A stretch of 64,000 nt of DNA from Rickettsiales bacterium. GTDB taxonomy: Bacteria; Pseudomonadota; Alphaproteobacteria; Rickettsiales; UBA998. Numbering within the stretch: position 1 is the stretch's first letter; every line of letters starts with the position of its first letter. The notes under the pieces are model-generated. The model worked only from the letters and a program-made list of their open reading frames with translations. It was not told the origin of the DNA and searched no databases. Shown piece by piece: positions 48,482 to 56,594 of the stretch. The stretch covers positions 641,472 through 705,471 of the forward strand of contig JAMWZD010000001.1 in NCBI GenBank assembly GCA_024304995.1, written 5' to 3'. The position numbers and the translations under genes were made by a program.

Positions 48482-50200
48482 ATGAACACCAACGTAGAAC
48501 ACCTCCAGCAAGAACAACTCAGCGCATCCGACCCCTATCGCAGGACAGAGCAGACCTACCCGCATTTGGATGATGCGATGATAGACCGCATCCGCGCTTA
48601 TGGTACTGAATGCAATTACAGCAAAGGCGATATTCTGTTTGAGCGCGGTGAATGTGAGGTGGATTTTTTCGTGGTGCTGGACGGTAGCATTGAGATTTAC
48701 GAACATCAGAGTGGTGGCACGCGCGTTATCACCTCCCATTGTGAAAAGCAATTTACGGGTGAACTGGATTTGTTCAATGCACGGCAGATTCTGGTCGGTG
48801 GACGCATGGGCAAGGACGGGCGCGTGATTCGTGTGAACCGTGCAGCGTTCAAACGCATGTTGGCATCTGAAGCAGATATTAGCGAGATCATCACCCGCGC
48901 CTTCATTTTGCGTCGTGTGGGGTTGATTTCTCATAAGCAAGGCTCGGTCACCTTGCTGCGCAATTCAGAAAATTCGGATGCGATTCGCATTGAACGCTTC
49001 ATCAAACGCAATGGTTACCCTGTGGAAGTGGTGGATTGCTCAAGCGAGGAATGTCAGGATTATTACGAGAAATATGATCTGGATGAAAGCGCGCTGCCTG
49101 CGGTGATTATTCATCTGGGTGAGCGTGTGGTTTCCAACCCTACCAATTTCCAACTGGCGGAATGTCTGGGCTTGGTCGAGCCGATTGATTCTGACCATCT
49201 CTATGATGTGGCAATTGTCGGCGCAGGGCCAGCGGGCTTGTCTGCTGCGGTTTATGCTGCGTCCGAAGGGCTGGACACGATCGTGCTGGAAAATGAAGCA
49301 GCTGGCGGGCAAGCCAGCACCAGCTCGAAGATTGAGAATTATCTTGGTTTCCCCACAGGCATTTCTGGGCAAGCGCTGGCTGGGCGTGCGCAGGTGCAGG
49401 CGATGAAGTTCGGCGCGAAAATTGCGCTGCCTCATAAAATCAAAGAACTCACCTGCACAGGCGCAGGGTACGCGCTGCATTTGTGCAATGGCTCCACCAT
49501 CCGCGCCAAAGCCGTGGTGGCTGCCACAGGCGCAAGCTACCGCACATTGAATCTACCCAACGCTCGGGAATATGACAATATCGGTGTATATTACGGCGCA
49601 ACAGGCATGGAAGCAGGACTTTGCGCTGGTCAGGAAGTGATTGTGGTTGGCGGAGGCAACTCGGCGGGGCAAGCAGCAGTCTATCTCTCCCAACACGCAA
49701 AACATGTCTATATGCTGATTCGTGGAGAATCCTTAGCGAGCAGCATGTCTTCTTACCTGATTGAGCGGATTGAGAACTCGAAACATATCACCTTACTGAA
49801 CCACACCGAAATCACCAAGCTGGAAGGTGACCACCATTTGAGCCATGTGACGTGGACGAACAATCAGACCAAACAATCTGAACGTAAGGATATTCGTCAC
49901 GTATTTTTGATGATTGGGGCAACACCCAATTCAGACTGGATTGCACATCAGGTGATGTGTGATGAAAAAGGGTTTATTCTCACTGGTGAAGGCGTAACCA
50001 AACATGGCGAATGTTTTGACGGACGCGCACCAATGGCGCTGGAAACCAGTAAGGCTGGCATTTTTGCGGCAGGTGATATACGCTCAGGTTCTACCAAACG
50101 GGTGGCATTTGCTGTAGGCGATGGTTCACTCAGCATCACACAAGTGCATCAATATCTGGCAGATTTCAACCTGCGCCAGAATGCAAAGGAGGCAGCATGA
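48482..50200 (+). CDS. cNMP-binding domain + thioredoxin-fold linker + thioredoxin-reductase-like flavoprotein lacking CxxC
   Basis: cNMP roll at the N-terminus. GAGPAGLSAA and GGGNSAGQAA dinucleotide motifs. GATGMEAGLC occupies the position of the canonical CATC. Confidence 0.8.
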   Translation: MNTNVEHLQQEQLSASDPYRRTEQTYPHLDDAMIDRIRAYGTECNYSKGDILFERGECEVDFFVVLDGSIEIYEHQSGGTRVITSHCEKQFTGELDLFNARQILVGGRMGKDGRVIRVNRAAFKRMLASEADISEIITRAFILRRVGLISHKQGSVTLLRNSENSDAIRIERFIKRNGYPVEVVDCSSEECQDYYEKYDLDESALPAVIIHLGERVVSNPTNFQLAECLGLVEPIDSDHLYDVAIVGAGPAGLSAAVYAASEGLDTIVLENEAAGGQASTSSKIENYLGFPTGISGQALAGRAQVQAMKFGAKIALPHKIKELTCTGAGYALHLCNGSTIRAKAVVAATGASYRTLNLPNAREYDNIGVYYGATGMEAGLCAGQEVIVVGGGNSAGQAAVYLSQHAKHVYMLIRGESLASSMSSYLIERIENSKHITLLNHTEITKLEGDHHLSHVTWTNNQTKQSERKDIRHVFLMIGATPNSDWIAHQVMCDEKGFILTGEGVTKHGECFDGRAPMALETSKAGIFAAGDIRSGSTKRVAFAVGDGSLSITQVHQYLADFNLRQNAKEAA

Positions 50201-51258
50201 CCAAGAAAATCAACCTTGCCCTGCAAGGCGGCGGCGCACATGGCGCGTTCACATGGGGCGTGATTGACAAAATCCTCGAAGATGGAAGGCTGGAAATTGA
50301 TGGACTTTCTGCCACTTCTGCAGGCGCAATGAATGCCGCAGTCTATGCATATGGCAAAATGCAGGGCGGCAATGACGGCGCACGGCAGGCATTGCATGAT
50401 TACTGGTCAGATATTGCAAGCGCGGGAAAGATATATTCTCCCATAAAACGCAGTCCATTCGAAGCGATGATATTTGGCTGGCATGATCTGGATCATTCGC
50501 TCAGCTATCAGGCGTTTGACAATTTTGTGCGTATGTTCTCACCTTATCAGTTCAACCCGCTGAACATCAATCCGCTGAAAGAGATTATTCAGAAACATGT
50601 GGATTTTGATGCGCTACATGAATGTGAATGCGTAAGATTATTCATCTGCGCCACTAATGTGAAAACCAATCGCATCAAAGTGTTCAAGAACGAAGAAGTC
50701 AGTGCAGACGCTGTGATGGCATCTGCGTGTTTGCCAACATTGTTTCAGGCGGTGGAAGTGGATGGTGAATATTACTGGGATGGCGGCTATATGGGCAACC
50801 CCGCCATATATCCATTATTTTATCATACCAGCACGGATGATATGGTGGTGGTGCATATTAACCCGATTGAACGGAAAGACATCCCCACCGAACCGCATGA
50901 TATTTTAAACCGCGTTAATGAAATCAGCTTTAATTCGTCGTTGCTGCGTGAGTTCCGCGCCATTGCATTTATTCAGAAAATGCTGGATGAAGGCTGGATT
51001 AAAGATGAATTTCGTGACCAGATCACGCATCAGAAATTCTTTATGCATTCCATCCGTTCAGACAACGCCATGTCTGGCTACACCGTTGCATCAAAATTCT
51101 CCCCCGACTGGGACTTCCTCACCCATCTGCGTGACAAAGGGCGGCAGGAAGCAGAGTGCTGGCTGGACAAGAATTATGACTGCATCGGCAAGCGTTCCAC
51201 GGTGGATTTAAAATCAGATTATGTGGATGAAGAAAAGCGCACGGTGAAAGCTGCATAA
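50197..51258 (+). CDS. patatin-like phospholipase
   Basis: GGGAHGAF oxyanion motif, ATSAG nucleophile elbow and DGGYMGN Asp motif. ATGA overlap with the upstream gene. Confidence 0.85.
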   Translation: MTKKINLALQGGGAHGAFTWGVIDKILEDGRLEIDGLSATSAGAMNAAVYAYGKMQGGNDGARQALHDYWSDIASAGKIYSPIKRSPFEAMIFGWHDLDHSLSYQAFDNFVRMFSPYQFNPLNINPLKEIIQKHVDFDALHECECVRLFICATNVKTNRIKVFKNEEVSADAVMASACLPTLFQAVEVDGEYYWDGGYMGNPAIYPLFYHTSTDDMVVVHINPIERKDIPTEPHDILNRVNEISFNSSLLREFRAIAFIQKMLDEGWIKDEFRDQITHQKFFMHSIRSDNAMSGYTVASKFSPDWDFLTHLRDKGRQEAECWLDKNYDCIGKRSTVDLKSDYVDEEKRTVKAA

Positions 51259-51429
51259 AAAGAAACCCTTGTGACACAAGGGAATGTCAAAGTCACGCAA
51301 GATGATGCGTTTTCTAATCGGTGATTTTATATCTGCCACATCATCACAATATCTGAGATATTGATATTGTCACGAAACAGCAATAAACCATTGTTATAAT
51401 ATGATTGAATAAACAATCAGGCAACATTG

Positions 51430-52131
51430 ATGACAACGGCAATTGAATCCTCAAACACCCAGAATCAAGGGCTTTCTGATTTTGATAGAAAAATGCAAGA
51501 GAAGCTGAAGCAAGACGAGAAGTTTATATTGATGTCTGAAGAAATGCAAAAAAGTCTTCTTGAATCACTCTCAGGAGCTTTCAACATTGGTGACAATTTT
51601 TTGCCATACCCAGCAGGCGATGAAGACATATACTCAATGCCAATGAACCAGAATGGCAATATAATACCATCAAAAGATGGTGTGATTTCTGAAATTAATC
51701 TGGAAGAAGGATTTGTAACAGTTACTCATGAGGATGGCACAACGAGTCGTTATTCTGGATTGGAAGATATTAATTCTGATATGAGCATTGGTGATGGCGT
51801 TGACCGCAACACAATCATTGCAAATGCTGCAAGCGATGATTTTTTATATCAGAGATATTTTGAGAATGACAATGGTAGCAAAGATTATGTAGTTCCAGGG
51901 CGCAACCTTTATTTAGTCGCTGAAGAGTATAATTTCCATTATGGGCAAGATATTCCAGAACCGCCTGTTGAAAAACCGTTAGAACCCATGCAAAAGGCTT
52001 TAAGTGACGTAAAAGAATCTGGGATTGATGCGCATTACGATTTTACATCAATGTCTTTAGAATCTGTAACGCCAATGCAATCAGGAGATAATGAAAAGTC
52101 ACGTTCCGATACTCTGGCTATGATGCCGTAA
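51430..52131 (+). CDS. hypothetical protein, possibly a degenerate LytM/M23-like fold
   Basis: GFVTVTHEDGTTSRYSGLEDINSDMSIGDGV resembles the M23 core, but with Ser-Gly where the His is expected. Confidence 0.4.
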   Translation: MTTAIESSNTQNQGLSDFDRKMQEKLKQDEKFILMSEEMQKSLLESLSGAFNIGDNFLPYPAGDEDIYSMPMNQNGNIIPSKDGVISEINLEEGFVTVTHEDGTTSRYSGLEDINSDMSIGDGVDRNTIIANAASDDFLYQRYFENDNGSKDYVVPGRNLYLVAEEYNFHYGQDIPEPPVEKPLEPMQKALSDVKESGIDAHYDFTSMSLESVTPMQSGDNEKSRSDTLAMMP

Positions 52132-52170
52132 ATTGGGAAACTTTGGGTTAGATTAATTCAGTAAAGCATA

Positions 52171-52199
52171 AAAAAACCCTCTCAGAATTGAAAGGGTTT
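52171..52199 (-). terminator. rho-independent terminator
   Basis: On the minus strand: AAACCCTTTCA-attc-TGAGAGGGTTT followed by T7. Confidence 0.6.
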
Positions 52200-52210
52200 A
52201 AGTCTGTGCA

Positions 52211-52891
52211 TCACAGAGGTTTGTGGCTGATACGGGCTTGCATGAAATTGCCGAATGTGGCAATGGATGCAGCGCCGAGCAACCAGACATCTCCTATTGG
52301 TCCAATAATGCCAATAGTCTGGAAATATTCCACCCAGCAGGATGCGGTGGCAATGAACAAAGCTGCTACAGCGACTTTGACCTTGTCATCATCCCCGTGA
52401 ACAAACCAGAAGCCTGCCCAACACATGCATAATGCCAGAAGTGAACGCCCCCATGCAGATGCATGACCAGCTATTCCCCAGAAAATAGCACTGCATAACA
52501 GCAATATACCGCATAAAATCATATGCAACCCTTCTGTTTTCGTTGGAAAATGAAGGGGGTATAATGCACGTTTCCACGGGTTGCGCGCTTTAACGGTTTT
52601 GGGATAGCCAATCTTGCACAAAAATCCTATGCATGGTTTAATAACTTTTTTCCCGCGACCTAAAACACTCCAATCAAGTATATTTTTACACATTCCAAGC
52701 ACACCAACACATTGTCTGATTAAGCCAGATAACACGGCAAAACCCGACATACTTCCCAGCACCATAATTTCAGTAGCTCCTGACCGATATTGACAATAGT
52801 CATAAATCAAGAACAATAATCCTGAAGATGCCAGAGGCGAACAGAATGTAAATTGTAGCAATTCCTGAACGAATCTTTTTGCTTTAAGCAT
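52211..52891 (-). CDS. hypothetical polytopic membrane protein
   Basis: 226 aa with about 5 TM segments. Confidence 0.45.
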   Translation of the reverse strand: MLKAKRFVQELLQFTFCSPLASSGLLFLIYDYCQYRSGATEIMVLGSMSGFAVLSGLIRQCVGVLGMCKNILDWSVLGRGKKVIKPCIGFLCKIGYPKTVKARNPWKRALYPLHFPTKTEGLHMILCGILLLCSAIFWGIAGHASAWGRSLLALCMCWAGFWFVHGDDDKVKVAVAALFIATASCWVEYFQTIGIIGPIGDVWLLGAASIATFGNFMQARISHKPL

Positions 52892-52990
52892 AATAGTTGC
52901 TGAAATAGTTCAGCGATATAATAAGAACAAAAAGAGGGTCTCAAATATTATTGCTTATGTCAATCTTTCTTTCAAAAAGACTAACGCGGC

Positions 52991-53152
52991 TTATTTCATA
53001 CCAGGCGAAATGCTCACCATTGGCGAATTGATGCTGGCATAATTGCCATAATTCATAGAATCCCAGGCTGCGCCATAATTAACGGTTTTTGGAACAGAAC
53101 CGCACGCTGTCAGCATCATGGAACATAGAATTAAAACTAGTGATATACGCAT
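52991..53152 (-). CDS. small lipoprotein (53 aa, below the ORF-track cut-off)
   Basis: My own translation: MRISLVLILCSMMLTACGSVPK... with lipobox LTAC. GGAG lies 8 nt upstream of the ATG. Confidence 0.4.
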   Translation of the reverse strand: MRISLVLILCSMMLTACGSVPKTVNYGAAWDSMNYGNYASINSPMVSISPGMK

Positions 53153-53497
53153 CGAAAGACTCCGTTTTGATGGTGTATGTCGTTATGTCTGTGAGTATAA
53201 AGAGGAATTTTATTTGAGAAATAGCGGCAACGCTTGCGCTGCCATGCACTCTTTGCATAGCTTGTTTATGGGAAAATAAAACGGCCCAGAATGAAAAACC
53301 CAGTTGAGATATAATCAGTAACGCCAGTTTTTTTAGCTTATTGATGGCATGTTTTATAGTGGTTTGATATTCTCATATCATACGACCCATACCAGCTTAG
53401 CTTCATTTTCACTGGAGTGATAAACTTCTGAATCAGAAACAGCTTCAGCACGGATTATAGTTTCACACTGGGCTTGAAGGGAGCGTTTTAATATATG

Positions 53498-53521
53498 AAA
53501 AAACGCATATAAATTATGCGG
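53498..53521 (-). terminator. rho-independent terminator candidate
   Basis: On the minus strand: CCGCATA-atttat-ATGCG followed by T6, directly after the kinase gene stop. Confidence 0.5.
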
Positions 53522-53523
53522 TT

Positions 53524-55113
53524 TTACTCCGTAATATCCTTAATCTTCGCTGCGAGTTGTTTCAGTGTGAATGGCTTGGCGAGGAAGTTGAAATTGCGGT
53601 TGCCGTCATACCCGTCCACAAATGCGTCTTCCGCATAACCTGAGATGAAGATCACTTCCACATGCTGCATGGTGTCCGAATGGTTCTCGTCCAGCGTTTC
53701 TATCATTGTAGGGCCATTTATGCCAGGCATGACCACATCAGAAATAATCACTTCAATTTTGTCTTTATGCTCAGCATAAACCTCCAGCCCGCTTTCGCCA
53801 CAATCAGCTTCCAGCACTTCATAGCCTTTATTTTGCAAGGCACGTGCTGCAAACAGGCGCACAGGCGTTTCGTCTTCCACCAGCAAAATGGTGGCTGCTC
53901 CTGTTAAATCCTGCGCTGTTACAGATTCTTTGGCAGGCGCGGCTTCCTTTTCTTCCGCATTCATCATGCGCGGCACAAATACAGAAAAACTCGTACCTCT
54001 GCCTTCTTCCGTTTTGAGATAAATATAACCGCCCGTCTGTTTGATAATGCCATAGACCGTTGCCAGACCAAGCCCAGTGCCGCTGCCCACTTCCTTTGTG
54101 GAAAAGAATGGCTCAAAAATGCTGCCTATCACTTTTTCGGGAATCCCCGTTCCCGTATCGGAGATGGTAATCACCACATAATCCCCAGGGGTGATAGTAT
54201 CTTCCTGAGGGGGGATGCGCAAATCTGCGTCAAGTGAATCACGACTATCCACAGTCATATTCTTGGTTTCGATTTTCAAGCGGCCGCCCTTTTCTTTCAT
54301 GGCATCACGCGCATTCACGGCAAGGTTGATAATTACCTGCTCCAGCTGCCCCTGATCCACTTTCACTGCCCAAACGTCTCTTTGGTGCGCAATATTCAAT
54401 TCAATATTTTCACCGATCAAACGGCGTATCAGGTCAGATAATTCTGCCAGCAAATCTGTCAGGTTAATACGCTTTGGCTGCAGGGTCTGCCTGCGTGAGA
54501 ATGCCAGCAGCTGGCGCACCAGATTGGCAGCACGGTTCGCATTTTGCTTAATCTGCATAATATCCGCAAAAGACGGGTCGCCTGCAGGGTGACGCATCAG
54601 CAGCAAGTCACAAAAACCGATCATAGCTGTCAGCAAATTGTTAAAGTCATGCGCAACACCACCTGCAAGCTGCCCTACTGCCTGCATCTTCTGCGAGTGT
54701 GCAAAACGCATTTCCAGATTTTTCTGTTCGGTCACATCATTCAAAAACAGAAAAATGCGCGGTTCAGACGTTTCATGCAGCTTCATAATCGCAATATCAA
54801 CTGTGATATTTTTGGCTTCATGATGTTTATGTGCTTTCATCGTCAGATGCATATGGTGTGACGAATCTTTATGTGCGCGTTCAATAGCGGGTAAAATAAA
54901 TTCTTCAAAGGTGGTGATGCTGCTGGCATCTATAAAGTCAGAAAAGGTTGTGTTAATCACACCAGAACATTCATTGCCAAGCAGGCTGCAGCAGGCTTCA
55001 TTACAGTCAATAATCACCAGATCCTTATTCAGTTCTGCCAGTGCCACAGGCGAGAGCTTCATAAAAGAATTAAGTAATTCACCAGGTTTTGTTTTCTGCA
55101 GAAATCCGAACAT
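53524..55113 (-). CDS. cckA: CckA-like hybrid histidine kinase (PAS-DHp-CA-REC)
   Basis: SQKMQAVGQLAGGVAHDFNNLLTAMIGFCDLLL H-box, G-boxes, and C-terminal receiver ILLVEDE...DVVMPG. Confidence 0.8.
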   Translation of the reverse strand: MFGFLQKTKPGELLNSFMKLSPVALAELNKDLVIIDCNEACCSLLGNECSGVINTTFSDFIDASSITTFEEFILPAIERAHKDSSHHMHLTMKAHKHHEAKNITVDIAIMKLHETSEPRIFLFLNDVTEQKNLEMRFAHSQKMQAVGQLAGGVAHDFNNLLTAMIGFCDLLLMRHPAGDPSFADIMQIKQNANRAANLVRQLLAFSRRQTLQPKRINLTDLLAELSDLIRRLIGENIELNIAHQRDVWAVKVDQGQLEQVIINLAVNARDAMKEKGGRLKIETKNMTVDSRDSLDADLRIPPQEDTITPGDYVVITISDTGTGIPEKVIGSIFEPFFSTKEVGSGTGLGLATVYGIIKQTGGYIYLKTEEGRGTSFSVFVPRMMNAEEKEAAPAKESVTAQDLTGAATILLVEDETPVRLFAARALQNKGYEVLEADCGESGLEVYAEHKDKIEVIISDVVMPGINGPTMIETLDENHSDTMQHVEVIFISGYAEDAFVDGYDGNRNFNFLAKPFTLKQLAAKIKDITE

Positions 55114-55114
55114 A

Positions 55115-56104
55115 TTATTGTTCTACAACATCAAAACTGACAATGCCAATCATATCCGTTGTGCCTGTAACAGCTTGCTGGGAAATGTGGCAATGAAGCA
55201 ACTCTCCATCTTTGGTGCGCATGTCCACTGGCTTCTGGTCAAATTCTTTTGTGCCGACTGTGGATATAAATTCAGTATCAGGATAATGCAGGAGCGAGCT
55301 TAACATCACATTTTCAAGCTCTGACACTTTATATCCCATTTTCTGTGCAAATGCTTCGGTAACTTCAGTAACAATGCCATATTGATTCAGTGAATAGGCA
55401 GATATTTCACTGTAGGATTCCAGCAATGACTCCTTCGACACAGGGCTATAATGCATCTCATCATTTTTCATAGGCACATAATGAGGGCGCGAGACGCGAT
55501 CTTCATGATAAAGACGACCTGTGACAAAGAAATATCCTTTAGGACGGCTGATAGGCGAGACTTTCAGCCGTGCCTTCACCTTTTCGCCGTTCATGTCAAT
55601 GTAAACATTGAAAGAATCCGTGCCGTAATGCAGCAGCGTATCGTTCAGGCGATGCAGATTTTCTTCAGGATGTTCACTGTTAGTGACAATCGAATCCAGA
55701 ATCTGCACTTTGCGCTTTAGCAGATTAGGGAACAGTTCTCCAAAGCCCTGATCGGCATAAAAAAGCTGGTCATCATGACTGACGATCAATGAAAACAGAT
55801 TGCCCTGTTTGAATGCTGATGAAAATAAGGCATTCTGAAATTCTATGGATAACACTAAATCCAGATGTTTCTGCACCGTGATGATGGAATGAAAGGTAAG
55901 CACACCAATCACCAGCAAGGTCATTAATATAAATGGAATATCCCCACCAAGCACTTCACGATAAAGTGACGCGATGATAATAAAGACAGCGCCCACACAA
56001 TAAAGCCCTAAACTCATCCATAAACCGCCATTGCGCTTGCGATGGACAAAATCTGTTTCTGCCTTTCGGGCAGCATCTATATTCAGCTCATAATATCGTG
56101 TCAT
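55115..56104 (-). CDS. membrane-anchored PAS-like sensor protein (possible detached CckA N-terminus)
   Basis: Two TM helices followed by about 250 aa of PAS-like sequence. Its stop lies 1 nt before the kinase ATG. Confidence 0.6.
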   Translation of the reverse strand: MTRYYELNIDAARKAETDFVHRKRNGGLWMSLGLYCVGAVFIIIASLYREVLGGDIPFILMTLLVIGVLTFHSIITVQKHLDLVLSIEFQNALFSSAFKQGNLFSLIVSHDDQLFYADQGFGELFPNLLKRKVQILDSIVTNSEHPEENLHRLNDTLLHYGTDSFNVYIDMNGEKVKARLKVSPISRPKGYFFVTGRLYHEDRVSRPHYVPMKNDEMHYSPVSKESLLESYSEISAYSLNQYGIVTEVTEAFAQKMGYKVSELENVMLSSLLHYPDTEFISTVGTKEFDQKPVDMRTKDGELLHCHISQQAVTGTTDMIGIVSFDVVEQ

Positions 56105-56330
56105 GTCATGTCGTACCGTATTTAAGCCGATAGTACGCGAGAACTCCTAATATTTATTTAAAATGCAAAATAATTTTTAGCAAAATATTGGTTAATTTTC
56201 AGAATCACAGTTTTATTACAGTTTTATGACGGTTTTATGTTTTTTTGATGAAAATCACATTTTTCGCTTTTGCATTGCACAATTTTATGGTATGTTACAC
56301 GTCATTTTAAATTATACAAGGAGTGACGAC

Positions 56331-56588
56331 ATGAAACAGAGCCTCCGACTATTTAGTAGCCGTGCCATAATATTATTTTTAACTGCGTCCATGCTTGCCG
56401 CATGTACCAGCAATGTAGGCGGTCGCCGCGGTTCCGTGTGGGATACATATGATTATCGTCATCCAGTTCCAGGCGGGGTGGGTCTGCCAACATACGGAAA
56501 TGATTATTATTATTCAGATAATGATAGCACTTACACTAATCCAGATAGTTTTGGCTGCTCGCCAGACAATCTGCATATGTGTGAATAA
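56331..56588 (+). CDS. small lipoprotein
   Basis: AAGGAG RBS before the ATG at 56331. Lipobox MLAAC. Confidence 0.5.
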   Translation: MKQSLRLFSSRAIILFLTASMLAACTSNVGGRRGSVWDTYDYRHPVPGGVGLPTYGNDYYYSDNDSTYTNPDSFGCSPDNLHMCE

Positions 56589-56594
56589 CGTTAA

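Noticed and set aside
48401-48940. 179-aa minus-strand ORF across the junction of the 48010 and 48482 genes
   Set aside because: It is antisense to two better-supported + strand genes.
48482-51258. Calling the patatin gene a CBASS effector
   Set aside because: No CD-NTase/cyclase, E1/E2/JAB or other CBASS accessory gene is present in the neighbourhood. Only the weaker hypothesis of a sensor-coupled lipase is retained.
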